64,000 nt of DNA from positions 1,671,200 to 1,735,199 of the forward strand of contig CBDBCA010000002.1 in assembly GCA_965202835.1 (NCBI GenBank), given 5' to 3'. This stretch comes from Alphaproteobacteria bacterium. Its GTDB lineage: Bacteria > Pseudomonadota > Alphaproteobacteria > MPNO01. Below the pieces are notes generated by a model that had not been told where the DNA came from, ran no database searches, and saw only the letters and a program-made list of their open reading frames with translations. Numbering within the stretch: position 1 is the stretch's first letter; each line of letters opens with the position of its first letter. Position numbers and translations under genes: made by a program. This document shows, one piece after another, positions 11,752 through 20,944 of the stretch.

Positions 11752-12252
11752 ATGCCGGCAACGAGGTGCGGATACTCCACCGCGCAGATCGCGCTGCACT
11801 GGATCGTCGCGGTGCTGGTGATCCTGCAGATCGTCCTGCATGACGGCATGGTTGCCGCATACGCGGCCCTGCGCGGCGAGGGTGCGGCGACGGAGGCCGC
11901 GCTGTTGCTGGGCGACCTTCACGTCGCGTTCGGCATCGCGATCTTCGTGCTCGCCCTGTTGCGCGTCGCGTTGCGCGTGACGCGCGGCGCGCCGCCGCCG
12001 CCGGAAGCCGAGCATCCGACGCTCCGCACGGCCGCCCGGGCAACCCATCTCGCGCTTTACGCCGTCATCCTGGCGATGCCGATGACCGGCGGTCTCGCCT
12101 GGTTTGCCGGCATAGACGCGATGGCCGAACTCCACCGGGCCGGCAAGGTGGCGATCTTCGTTCTGGTGGTCCTCCACATCGCCGGCGCCCTCTATCAGCA
12201 CTTCGTCCTGAAGACCGACGTGCTGCGCCGGATGCTGCGGGCCGAAAAGTGA
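11752..12252 (+). CDS. Cytochrome b561 family protein
   Basis: ALHW, LHVAFG, HIAGALYQHF..D.L.RM; four hydrophobic helices. Confidence 0.88.
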   Translation: MPATRCGYSTAQIALHWIVAVLVILQIVLHDGMVAAYAALRGEGAATEAALLLGDLHVAFGIAIFVLALLRVALRVTRGAPPPPEAEHPTLRTAARATHLALYAVILAMPMTGGLAWFAGIDAMAELHRAGKVAIFVLVVLHIAGALYQHFVLKTDVLRRMLRAEK

Positions 12253-12275
12253 GGCACGAAGCCTCGCGGCGATGC

Positions 12276-12459
12276 TAGGGCCTGTCCGTTTCAGATTGAA
12301 CCGCTGTTACCCTTGCTTCCTGACCGTCATGGTCGGCGGAGGCCGACCATCCACGAGTTTTAAGTCTCTGGAATCAAAAACAAAACGTGGATGGTCGGCC
12401 TCCGCCGACCATGACGGAAAAAAGGACGAGGCGGTTCCAACTAAATCAGACACGCTATA
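12276..12459. mobile_element. About 185-bp TA-ended MITE carrying a family-A REP doublet
   Basis: Near-identical inverted copy at 52944-53130, including the sequence outside the palindrome. Confidence 0.7.
12324..12417. repeat. REP-like doublet, family A (CGTCATGGTCGGC-GRAG-GCCGACCATCCACG)
   Basis: Two inverted hairpin units around an AT-rich spacer; further copies at 42613, 52989 and 56196. Confidence 0.9.
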
Positions 12460-12496
12460 GGATTCGACAGGAAACGCCCCAAGACGGGAGGCAGCG

Positions 12497-12511
12497 ATGT
12501 GCGACGAGAAG
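12497..12511 (+). pseudogene. Native 5' end (MCDEK) of the dienelactone hydrolase split by the IS66-like element
   Basis: GGGAGG-N5-ATGTGCGACGAGAAG joins in frame to TLRDEEEY at 16302 once the element and one TSD are removed. Confidence 0.85.
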
Positions 12512-12720
12512 GATAGCGTTCGGTCACGCGGTGATGAGAGTGGCGGATTCAACGATTGAGCGTCCGCTTCCAGTCCTTGCGGAGGGGCCGCAACCAGATG
12601 TCCTTTTTCGGCTCGGCTCGTTTCGTATGCCTGTCATAGCGTCCTCTTCCCTGGGTGCGGATGTCATTTTCGATACCCTCAACAAGACACTGGTAACGCC
12701 GCCGGCGATTCGATATCGTC

Positions 12721-15378
12721 GTGCGCATGGCGATGCGCGACGAGGATTTCGGGGCACCCGCGAGGCTGGACGAGGCGGACGGCGGGTTCTGGTCGCCGTC
12801 CACGGCGGCACCGGCACCGGAGCCGCGCGACTGGCAATCCCTGTGCGAGCAGGCGCAGGCCCGCGCGGAGACGGAACGGGCGCGGGCGGACGCGGCGGAG
12901 GCGCGTTGCGAAGAGTTGCGGCGGGCGGAGCGGGAAGCCCGTTCCCGCGCGGGTTCGCTGAAGTGGCACCTCGACAAGAGCCGGGACAGGCTCAAGGCGG
13001 CGGTCGAGGAGGTGAAGGAAGTCCGCCGCGCGGCGAAGGACGCGCTGTTTTACCAGTCGGAAGTGACGCGGCTGGAAAAGCTCCTGTCGGAAGCCGGCGT
13101 CGATGCGCGCAAGCGCGGCACGATGATGTCGCTGCGCATGGAAGTCTTCCGGCTTCGCGAAGCCTTGCAGTTGTTGCAGGCCGGGAAGGATGCGGTCGCG
13201 GCTGCGTCCGGAGGGCAGATCGAGCCGCTCAAGGCCATGCCGGCGCCGAAGACCGGCAAGGACATCGCCGGGGCGCTGCGCGGGGAAGTCGCCTCCCTGA
13301 CCCGGGAACTCCGCCAACTGACGCGGGAGAACGCCCGGCTGAGCAAGGCGCTGGAGTGCTCGCAGGCGCAGAAGGACGAGATCGCGGCGTTGCGCAGGAA
13401 AGTCGCGGCGCTTCTTCGCAAATTGAAACGGGCGGCACGGCCTTCGCCGCCCCGGAGAGCGGGCGCCCAGCTTCGCAAGGCGCTGGAACGGGCGCGCAAG
13501 CAGAAGGACACGATCAAGGCGCTGCGCCAGGACGTCGGTTCCCTGAACCGGGAGACCCGTCGGCTGGAGCGGGAGGCCTGCCGGCTGCGCCGCGAGCAGG
13601 AGCAATTGCAGGACCTCAAGAAGACTGTCCGCAGCCTGACCGACGAGGCCGGGATAATCCGCGGAGAGCTGGCCGGCTACCACGACCAGATGGACCTCAT
13701 CGAGGAGCAGACGTGGCGCATCTTCCATCTGAGACGCGCCCTGAGGACGTCGGCCGACAAGAACGAGAAGCTGGAGGCCAAGCTTGCCGAGCGTCCCCTG
13801 CTGAGCGCGGTCTTCAGGATCGTGCGCGATCGGGACAGGACCATCGAGTCGCTGCACAGGGAAATCGCCCGGCAGCGCAAGTCGAACGAACGGCTGGGCA
13901 GGAAGATAAAGTCCCTGCGCGCCCACAGGGCGAGACTGCAAGCCCGGATTGCCCAGCTCCGCTCGACGCGGGCTTCGTTGTCGAAGGCGGTCTTCGGAGG
14001 CCGGAGCGAGAAGCAGGAAACACCTCGCTCGGAGCGCAAGCGCGGCCAGCAGCGCGGCGCGCCCGGCCACGGCCGTACTCCACGGCCTGCGCTCGAGGAG
14101 AAGGAGGAACGGCAGGAGCCGCCGCAGGACGCGCTCATCTGCTCGTGCTGCGGCAAGCCCTATGTCGCCAACGGCGAGCGTTCCTCGGCCGTCATCGAGA
14201 TCGCGGTCAAGGCCCACGTCCGCAGGATCGTCCGTCCGCGCTACCGCCGGGGCTGCGACTGCCCGTCCTCGCCACCGGAGGCGATCGCGCCCCCGCCGGC
14301 GCGGCTGTTCGCCAGGACGCCCTTCGGGACCAGCGTCTGGGCGCGCATCCTCTACGAGCGCTTCGCCTGCTTCCGGCCCTTGCGTCAGGTCGCGGCGTGG
14401 ATGACCGACCAGGGGCTGGCGGTCGCGCCGGGGACGCTGGCCAGCAGCGTGCGCCGCTTCCAGCCGCTGTTCGCGCCGCTCGCCGAGGCGATCCTCGCCC
14501 ACCAGAACGGGATGGCGGTGCGCCACGGCGACGAGACCGGCTGGCGCATCCAGGCGCTGAGCGAGACCGGGCGCTCGCGGCGCGCGTGGCTGTGGATCTC
14601 GGTCGGCAAGGACGCCGTCTACTACCGCGTCGACCCCTCGCGCGGCGCCGAGGCCGCGATGAAGCTGTTCGGTTCGGTCAAGGGCCCCGTGTTCCTGGTC
14701 TGCGACCGCTACGTCGCCTACATCAAGATGGCGCGCGAGCTCGACGGCAAGGTGATCCTGTGCTGGTGCTGGATCCACCAGAGGCGCGACTTCATCGAGT
14801 GCGCGGCCGGCCAGATGAAGCTCACGCAGTGGTGCGAAGGGTGGGTCGAGCGGTTCGCGTCGGTCGTCCGGCTGAACAAGGAGCGGCTGAAGCATTACGA
14901 CCCCGATCTCGCTCTCATACGCCAGACGCCGGCGTTCGACGCCGCGCAGGCCGCGCTGAAGAAGGCGGTCGACGAGCTGTTCGCGCAGGGCGAAGCGGAG
15001 CTGGCCGACCTGCCGGCCAAGGCGCGCCAGGCCAAGGCGCTGCGCTCGCTGCTCAAGCATCGCGAGGGACTGAGCGTCTTCGTCGACAATCCCCAGGTCC
15101 CCATGGACAACAATGTCGCGGAGCGCGAGTTCCGGAGGGCCGTTATCGGGCGCCGATTATGCTTCGGTTCGGACAGCGAGGACGGCGCCGACTTCACGGC
15201 GGCGATGTACTCGGTCCTCGGCACCCTCGCCATGAACGGCATCGACGCCCTGCGCTGGCTGGAGGCGTGGCTCGAAGCCTGCGCGGAGAACGATGGCCAG
15301 CCGCCCGACGACCTGTCGCCGTGGCTGCCCTGGACGATGAGCGAGGAGCGCAGGCGCGAGTTCACGGCGCCGGAATGA
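12721..15378 (+). CDS. IS66 DDE transposase with long N-terminal coiled coil
   Basis: FGGRSEK, CxxC zinc ribbon, HGDETGW, VCDRY, CWIHQRRDF, DNNVAERE; exact start 12721/12727/12733 uncertain. Confidence 0.92.
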   Translation: MRMAMRDEDFGAPARLDEADGGFWSPSTAAPAPEPRDWQSLCEQAQARAETERARADAAEARCEELRRAEREARSRAGSLKWHLDKSRDRLKAAVEEVKEVRRAAKDALFYQSEVTRLEKLLSEAGVDARKRGTMMSLRMEVFRLREALQLLQAGKDAVAAASGGQIEPLKAMPAPKTGKDIAGALRGEVASLTRELRQLTRENARLSKALECSQAQKDEIAALRRKVAALLRKLKRAARPSPPRRAGAQLRKALERARKQKDTIKALRQDVGSLNRETRRLEREACRLRREQEQLQDLKKTVRSLTDEAGIIRGELAGYHDQMDLIEEQTWRIFHLRRALRTSADKNEKLEAKLAERPLLSAVFRIVRDRDRTIESLHREIARQRKSNERLGRKIKSLRAHRARLQARIAQLRSTRASLSKAVFGGRSEKQETPRSERKRGQQRGAPGHGRTPRPALEEKEERQEPPQDALICSCCGKPYVANGERSSAVIEIAVKAHVRRIVRPRYRRGCDCPSSPPEAIAPPPARLFARTPFGTSVWARILYERFACFRPLRQVAAWMTDQGLAVAPGTLASSVRRFQPLFAPLAEAILAHQNGMAVRHGDETGWRIQALSETGRSRRAWLWISVGKDAVYYRVDPSRGAEAAMKLFGSVKGPVFLVCDRYVAYIKMARELDGKVILCWCWIHQRRDFIECAAGQMKLTQWCEGWVERFASVVRLNKERLKHYDPDLALIRQTPAFDAAQAALKKAVDELFAQGEAELADLPAKARQAKALRSLLKHREGLSVFVDNPQVPMDNNVAEREFRRAVIGRRLCFGSDSEDGADFTAAMYSVLGTLAMNGIDALRWLEAWLEACAENDGQPPDDLSPWLPWTMSEERRREFTAPE

Positions 15379-16256
15379 CCGGCGCGGTCGAGTGCCGCTA
15401 CTACGGCCGCGACTTCACCGCCGACGAGATGGCGCTGCTGCGCGCGCTCATAGACGCCGATCCGCAGCCCACCCGCGCCGCCCTGTCCCGGGAGTTCTGC
15501 CGCCGCATCGGCTGGCTCAAGCCCGACGGCGGCCTCAAGGACATGATGGCGAAGGTGACCATGCTCGCCATGCACCGCGACGGCGTGATCGTCCTGCCGC
15601 CGCCAAGAGGAAGACAGGGCCGGCCCAGGCCCATTGTCTTCGGACCGGAGACCGAGCCGCCGCTGTTCCCCGCCCCGACGACGCTCGACGAGGTCCGCCC
15701 CCTCGACATGCGCATCGTCGTGCGCAACACCCGCGAAGGGAAGCTGTGGAACGAGTTCGTCGCGCGCTACCACTACCTCGGATACAAGACCCTGGTCGGC
15801 GCCCAGATGCGCTACGCCGTCCACGACCGCAACGGCTGGCCGCTGGCCATGCTCGGCTTCTCCACCGCCGCCTGGAAGCTCGCCCCGCGCGACCGCTTCA
15901 TCGGATGGTCGCCCGAGATGCGCGAGAAGAACCTGCCGCTGGTGGTCGACAATCCGCGCTTCCTGATCCTGCCGTGGATCGAGATCCCCAACCTCGGCTC
16001 GCACATCCTCGCCATCGTGCGCCGCCGCCTGCCCGGGGACTGGACGGCGCGCTACAACACCACGCCCGTGCTCATCGAGACCTTCGTCGAGACCCCGCGA
16101 TACACCGGCGCCGTCTACAAGGCGTCCGGCTGGACCCGCGTCGGGACCACCCAGGGAAGAGGACGCTATGACAGGCATACGAAACGAGCCGAGCCGAAAA
16201 AGGACATCTGGTTGCGGCCCCTCCGCAAGGACTGGAAGCGAACGCTCAATCGTTGA
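15375..16256 (+). CDS. DUF4338 (DruA-like, IS-associated) protein
   Basis: YHYLG, RDRFIGW, NPRFLILPW, ETFVE, YKASGW..G.TQGRGRYD; ATGA overlap with the transposase stop. Confidence 0.85.
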   Translation: MTGAVECRYYGRDFTADEMALLRALIDADPQPTRAALSREFCRRIGWLKPDGGLKDMMAKVTMLAMHRDGVIVLPPPRGRQGRPRPIVFGPETEPPLFPAPTTLDEVRPLDMRIVVRNTREGKLWNEFVARYHYLGYKTLVGAQMRYAVHDRNGWPLAMLGFSTAAWKLAPRDRFIGWSPEMREKNLPLVVDNPRFLILPWIEIPNLGSHILAIVRRRLPGDWTARYNTTPVLIETFVETPRYTGAVYKASGWTRVGTTQGRGRYDRHTKRAEPKKDIWLRPLRKDWKRTLNR

Positions 16257-16277
16257 ATCCGCCACTCTCATCACCGC

Positions 16278-17165
16278 GTGAACGAACGCTTTCACGAGAA
16301 GACGCTCCGTGACGAGGAAGAGTATCTGCGACGCTCGGGAAAACTGACCCGGCGCGGTTTCGGGACGCTTTCGGTCGGAACCGGGCTCGCCATGCTGCTT
16401 CCGCGTGCCGCGAACGCGCTGGCGGTGACGGCGAAGAACGTCGAAATCACGACACCCGACGGCACCGCGGATTGCCACTTCGTGCATCCCGCCGCCGGCG
16501 CCCATCCCGGCGTGCTGATCTGGCCGGATGCGCTCGGTCTCAGGCCCGCCTTCGAGCAGATGGCGCGCCGGCTCGCCGAGTCGGGCTACGCGGTGCTGGT
16601 CGTCAACCCCTACTACCGCAAGGTGAAGGCGCCGGTCCTGCCCGAGGGCGCCTCGTTCCGGGATCCGGCGACGCGCAAGGTGATCTTCCCCCTGATGCGC
16701 TCGCTGAGCCCCGAGACCAACGTGACCGACGCGAAAGCCTTCGTCGGCTTCCTCGACGGCCAGGCGGCGGTGGCCAGGGACCGCAAGATGGCGACGACGG
16801 GATACTGCATGGGCGGTTCGATGACCATGCGCACGGCGGCGGCGTTCCCCGACCGGGTCGGCGCCGGCGCATCGTTCCATGGCGGCAGGCTGGTGACCGA
16901 CCGGCCGGACAGCCCCCACCTGCTGGTCGGCAAGTTGAAGGCGCATTACCTGTTCGCGATCGCCGAGAACGACGACAAGAAGGAGCCGGAGGCCAAGACG
17001 GTTCTGCGCGAGGCCTTCGCCGCCGCCAAGCTGCCGGCCGAGATCGAGGTCTACGCCGGCACCCTGCACGGCTGGTGCCCGCCCGATTCCGCCGTCTACA
17101 ACGAAGCCCAGGCGGAACGGGCGTGGAGCCGGATGCTGGCCCTGTTCAAGACCGCCCTGGGTTGA
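16278..17165 (+). CDS. Dienelactone hydrolase with Tat-like signal (interrupted allele with IS-supplied GTG start)
   Basis: TRRGF, GYCMGG, SFHGG, HGW motifs. Confidence 0.85.
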   Translation: MNERFHEKTLRDEEEYLRRSGKLTRRGFGTLSVGTGLAMLLPRAANALAVTAKNVEITTPDGTADCHFVHPAAGAHPGVLIWPDALGLRPAFEQMARRLAESGYAVLVVNPYYRKVKAPVLPEGASFRDPATRKVIFPLMRSLSPETNVTDAKAFVGFLDGQAAVARDRKMATTGYCMGGSMTMRTAAAFPDRVGAGASFHGGRLVTDRPDSPHLLVGKLKAHYLFAIAENDDKKEPEAKTVLREAFAAAKLPAEIEVYAGTLHGWCPPDSAVYNEAQAERAWSRMLALFKTALG

Positions 17166-17211
17166 GGCGGCGGGGCGCCGCGAAAGGGCTGCCCCATGTC
17201 GCCCCCCGTCG

Positions 17212-17499
17212 CTATGCGCTGATACGCAGCCGCATCCCCAGCGCCCGCGTGATGCGCAATACGGTGGCGAAGGTCGGGTTGCCGTCTTCGGACAAGGCCT
17301 TGTAGAGCCCCTCGCGGCTCATACCGGCGTCGCGCGCCAGCCGGCTCATGTTGCCTGCCCGGGCGATATCGTTGAGGGCGGCTCGGATCAGGCTTCCGTC
17401 GCCCGGATCTTCCTCCGCGCACGCCTCTAGGTAGAGACGCGCGTCTTCCCGATTACGCAGGTGCTCCGTGACTTCCCAGTTCGTGAAGTTCTCGGTCAT
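17212..17499 (-). CDS. Addiction module antidote (HI1420-type HTH)
   Basis: ALNDIARA.NMS.LARDAG.SREGLYKALS..GNPTF. Confidence 0.92.
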   Translation of the reverse strand: MTENFTNWEVTEHLRNREDARLYLEACAEEDPGDGSLIRAALNDIARAGNMSRLARDAGMSREGLYKALSEDGNPTFATVLRITRALGMRLRISA

Positions 17500-17792
17500 G
17501 TCCGCCTCCAGTCCCTCGCCAGCCGTTCCGCGCGGGCGATGTCGCGTTGCTGGCTGCCTTTGTCGCCTCCGCAAAGCAGGACGACCTTCGTACCCTCGCG
17601 GAGGAAATAGATCCGGTAGCCCGGTCCACGATGGATGCGCATTTCATACAGGCCGCCGCCCACCGGCTTCGAATCTCCCAAATTGCCCAGCGACACATTT
17701 CGCAACCGCGCGCTTATCCACGCAACGGCGGCCCGGTCGCCCAGGCCGCGAATCCAGCGCCCGAACGTGGCGCTTTCAATGACTTCGAGCAC
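17496..17792 (-). CDS. RelE/ParE-fold addiction module toxin (HI1419-type)
   Basis: GNLGD.KPVG.G..EMRIH.GPGYRIY, LLCGGDK.SQ..DI; 4-nt overlap with the antidote. Confidence 0.92.
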   Translation of the reverse strand: MLEVIESATFGRWIRGLGDRAAVAWISARLRNVSLGNLGDSKPVGGGLYEMRIHRGPGYRIYFLREGTKVVLLCGGDKGSQQRDIARAERLARDWRRT

Positions 17793-17923
17793 TTGTCATG
17801 TGTAAACTGTGGTGGACGGTTTGGCAACCCAGAGCCCACCGGGCATCGCGTTTCCCACCGGCGGTATCAATCTGACCGCGGGAGTTTGCCGCTTGCCGCC
17901 CATTGGGCGGTCGGTCCGGCGCC

Positions 17924-19174
17924 TTACGCCGGCGGGCCTTCGGCGCGTTGGTCGAGGCGGGCGGCGCGGATCCGGTGGAGCGTCCAGAGTCCCGCGAGCG
18001 TCCCGAAACAGGCCGCGACCGCGATCGGAAGGCCCAGCCCGAACAGCGAGGCGAGCCCGCCCAGCAGCGCCGCGCTCGCCGCCGGCACCGCGCGGAAGGT
18101 GAGGCCGACCAGGCTCATCACCCGCGCCCGCATCGCCGGGTCGACGCAGTTCTGGATCAGGATCTGGCTGCAGATCGAGTTCGTGTTCGACAGCAGCCCG
18201 TAGGCCGCCATCAGGGCGATGCCGAGCCAGAACGCATCGGTCGAGGCGAAGCCCGCCACCGCGATGCCGCACAGCACCCCGGTCGCCCCGAGCAGCCGGG
18301 TGAGTCCCTGCGTCCGGCCGCGCCGTGCGAGAACCAGCGAGCCCAGGATAGCGCCCGCCCCCGCCGAGGACAGCAGCGTCGCCAGCCCGTCCGCGCCGCG
18401 CCCGAAGACGTCGGATGCGAAGGCCGGCAGGAGCTCGACCACCGGCCGCAGCAGCACCGAGAACGCGACGGTCATCACGAGCAGCGAGCGGATCGTCTCG
18501 TGGCCCGCGATGTAGCGCAGCCCCCGCGCCACGTCGCCGAGCAGGCCGCCGGCGCCGCCGGCCAGCCGGACCGGATCGCGGTAGGAGATCGCCAGCAGCG
18601 CCGCCACCATGCCCATGTAGGAGACCGCGTTGACCGCGAACGCCGCCGCCGCGCCCTGCCAGAGTATGAGGCCGCCGGCGAGCGCCGGGCCGATGAAGCG
18701 CGCGGTCTGGACCATCGAGGATTGGAGCGCGACGGCGGACGACAGGTCCTCGCGCGGCACCAGGTTGGCGACCAGGGCGAAATAGGAGGGCTGCATGAAC
18801 GCCATGTTGACGCCGTTGAGCACGACGAAGACCAGCAGCAGCTCGATGGTCATCGCATCGAGCGCGGTGACGAGCGCGAGCGCGGCCATCACCGCCGAAC
18901 CCGAAATCTGACCGGCCGTGAAGATGCGGTGCGCGCCGAGCCGGTCGGTCGCGGCGCCGGTGAGCGGCACCAGCGCGATGATCGGCACCACCTCGCAGAA
19001 CACGACGATGCCGAGCCAGGCCGGCGAGCGGGTCAGCTCCCAGGCGAGCCAGCCGAGCCCGGTGCGGTAGATCCAGGTGCCGAGGAACGACCCCGACGCG
19101 CCGATCGAGTAGAGCCGGTAATCCCGATGCCCGAGCGCGGTCCCGATACCGCCAAGCCAGGCCGCGCCCGCCAC
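17924..19174 (-). CDS. MFS transporter
   Basis: About 12 hydrophobic helices, GAATDRLG, MRARVMS. Confidence 0.9.
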   Translation of the reverse strand: MAGAAWLGGIGTALGHRDYRLYSIGASGSFLGTWIYRTGLGWLAWELTRSPAWLGIVVFCEVVPIIALVPLTGAATDRLGAHRIFTAGQISGSAVMAALALVTALDAMTIELLLVFVVLNGVNMAFMQPSYFALVANLVPREDLSSAVALQSSMVQTARFIGPALAGGLILWQGAAAAFAVNAVSYMGMVAALLAISYRDPVRLAGGAGGLLGDVARGLRYIAGHETIRSLLVMTVAFSVLLRPVVELLPAFASDVFGRGADGLATLLSSAGAGAILGSLVLARRGRTQGLTRLLGATGVLCGIAVAGFASTDAFWLGIALMAAYGLLSNTNSICSQILIQNCVDPAMRARVMSLVGLTFRAVPAASAALLGGLASLFGLGLPIAVAACFGTLAGLWTLHRIRAARLDQRAEGPPA

Positions 19175-19205
19175 CTCCCCCGGGTTCCGTGGGCTCTCGG
19201 TGCCC

Positions 19206-20549
19206 CTACTCCGCCGCTTCGGCCGCCGTCTTGGGGCTGTTGGCGGCGATGGTCTTCATGTTGTTGCGCTGGGTGACGAACTTCTCCGGCCCCTCGTAGA
19301 CGCCGTCCGGGATGTCGAAATAGCCCGCCTCGTACTGCGCCTCGTCGGTCAGCCGCATGGCGATCGAGTCGAACGGACAGACGTCCAAGCAGAGCTCGCA
19401 GCCGATGCAGGTCTCGGGGTGGACGTCGACCCGACCCTCCGGGCTCTGCGACAGCGCCTCGTAGAAGCACATCTGGATGCAGATGGTGCAGCTCGGGTTC
19501 TGGCAGGTGTCCTCGTTGACGACCGCGTGCACGCGGTCGCGCGCGAACTGCTCGGCATAGTCCTTGGCCGCCCGCCTGGATGCGATGCCCCGCATCGACT
19601 CGACGTCCGGATAGCCGTGCTCGTCCATGAAGCGCTCGACCCCGCCGATGATGTTGGGCAGCCACTTCATGCCCTTGATCATCAGCACCGAGCCGATTTC
19701 GACGACATTGGCGCCGGTCATCAGGAACTCGACCGCGTCGCGGTGGTCGAAGATCCCGTTGGTGCCGGCGATCGGGATGCCGACCTGGGTGTAGATGTTG
19801 TGCACCCACCTCAGCGTCAGCGGCTTGACCCAGGTGCCGCCGACGCCGGCCGTGCCGGCGAGGCGCGGCTCCGCCGCCTCGATGTCGACCGCGAAGCCGG
19901 TATGGCGGTTGGTGGCGGTGACCGCCGCCGCGCCCGCCTTCTGGACCGCGCGGGCGATCTCGACCGGGCGCGACTGGTCCGGGGTCAGCTTGACGACGAC
20001 CGGGATGTCGACCGCCTCGACCACCTGGCGGGTGACCTCGTAGGCGATGTCCTCTTCCTGGCTGATCATGCTGCCGCCGTGGACGCCCGGCATCAGGGCC
20101 GGGTGGGGGCAGCCGAAATTGAGCTCGACCATCGGCAGGCCGCAATCCTCGATGGTGCGGCAGATGTCCTTCCAGCCGTCCACGTCCTTGGCGCCGGCCG
20201 AGCCGATCAGGTGGGCGTCGCGCTCCCGGGCGTAGGCCCCGACCTCCTTCAGATAGGGGATCCAGTCCTTGTAATAGGTGCTGGAATAGCCCGACCGGCT
20301 GTAGAACACGAAGTCGCGCGGCACCTTGCCCTTGATGATGTCGCCGCGGTCGTTGAGGATCGCGTATTTCGAGTTCTGCGTCAGACGCGCCATGTCCTCC
20401 ATGTCGGTCAGCGTCTTGACGATGGCGCCCGCCGCCCCGTAATCGAAGCACTGCTTCATCAAATCCGGGCTGTTGGTGGTCTCCAGCGAGGCGACCACCA
20501 CCGGGTTCTTGAACGGGATGCCGCAAAACTCGACTGCCATATGTGCCAT
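19206..20549 (-). CDS. Dihydropyrimidine dehydrogenase PreA-like FMN subunit with 4Fe-4S dicluster
   Basis: KNP, ELNFGCPH, VKLTP, two C-terminal ferredoxin motifs. Confidence 0.82.
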   Translation of the reverse strand: MAHMAVEFCGIPFKNPVVVASLETTNSPDLMKQCFDYGAAGAIVKTLTDMEDMARLTQNSKYAILNDRGDIIKGKVPRDFVFYSRSGYSSTYYKDWIPYLKEVGAYARERDAHLIGSAGAKDVDGWKDICRTIEDCGLPMVELNFGCPHPALMPGVHGGSMISQEEDIAYEVTRQVVEAVDIPVVVKLTPDQSRPVEIARAVQKAGAAAVTATNRHTGFAVDIEAAEPRLAGTAGVGGTWVKPLTLRWVHNIYTQVGIPIAGTNGIFDHRDAVEFLMTGANVVEIGSVLMIKGMKWLPNIIGGVERFMDEHGYPDVESMRGIASRRAAKDYAEQFARDRVHAVVNEDTCQNPSCTICIQMCFYEALSQSPEGRVDVHPETCIGCELCLDVCPFDSIAMRLTDEAQYEAGYFDIPDGVYEGPEKFVTQRNNMKTIAANSPKTAAEAAE

Positions 20550-20632
20550 CGGGTGTCTCCGCGTTTCCGGGCGGCCGGGCCGCCGATTCCCTCAGTGTAC
20601 TGACATTTTGCCGGCGCCGTCCACCGCGCGCC

Positions 20633-20944
20633 TCATTCCTCGGGCTCGGTGGTGAACTGGAGCGGGTGGCCGTGCTCGCGCCCGAGATCGGTCGCCTCGG
20701 TCGCCTTGGTCTCGGCCACGTCGCGGGTATAGACGGCGACCACGCAGGAGCCCTTGGTGTGCGCCGTCGCCATCACGCGGTAGGCCTCGTCGTCGCCCAT
20801 CCGGAATACCGCCCTGAGCACCAGGATGACGAACTCGCGCGGCGTGTAGTCGTCGTTGAGCAGGATGACCTTGTGCAGCCTCGGCCGCTCGGTCTTGGTC
20901 TCGGTCTTCGTTTTGGTGCGCTGGTCGGTGTCGATGTCCCTCAT
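20633..20944 (-). CDS. clpS: Clp protease adaptor
   Basis: KVILLNDDYTPREFV, AH..G, DVAETK. Confidence 0.95.
   Translation of the reverse strand: MRDIDTDQRTKTKTETKTERPRLHKVILLNDDYTPREFVILVLRAVFRMGDDEAYRVMATAHTKGSCVVAVYTRDVAETKATEATDLGREHGHPLQFTTEPEE

Larger units (their letters stand above)
12512..16293 (+). mobile_element. IS66-family element with 146-bp TIRs and 8-bp TSD
   Basis: TSD ACGAGAAG at 12504-12511 and 16294-16301; 12512-12657 is the reverse complement of 16148-16293 (about 3 mismatches); ends GATAGCGT/GAAAGCGT resemble IS66 GTAAGCGT. Confidence 0.9.

Noticed and set aside
12387-16256. 1289-aa ORF suggesting a giant protein or programmed frameshift fusion
   Set aside because: Only the last 293 aa are protein-like and have their own ATG overlapping the transposase stop; I saw no slippery site.
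15375-16256. Druantia defence system
   Set aside because: DUF4338 lies within IS ends and no DruE helicase or other dru genes are present.
17212-17792. RelE-like/HTH pair as a novel system
   Set aside because: Common addiction module; annotated as features only.
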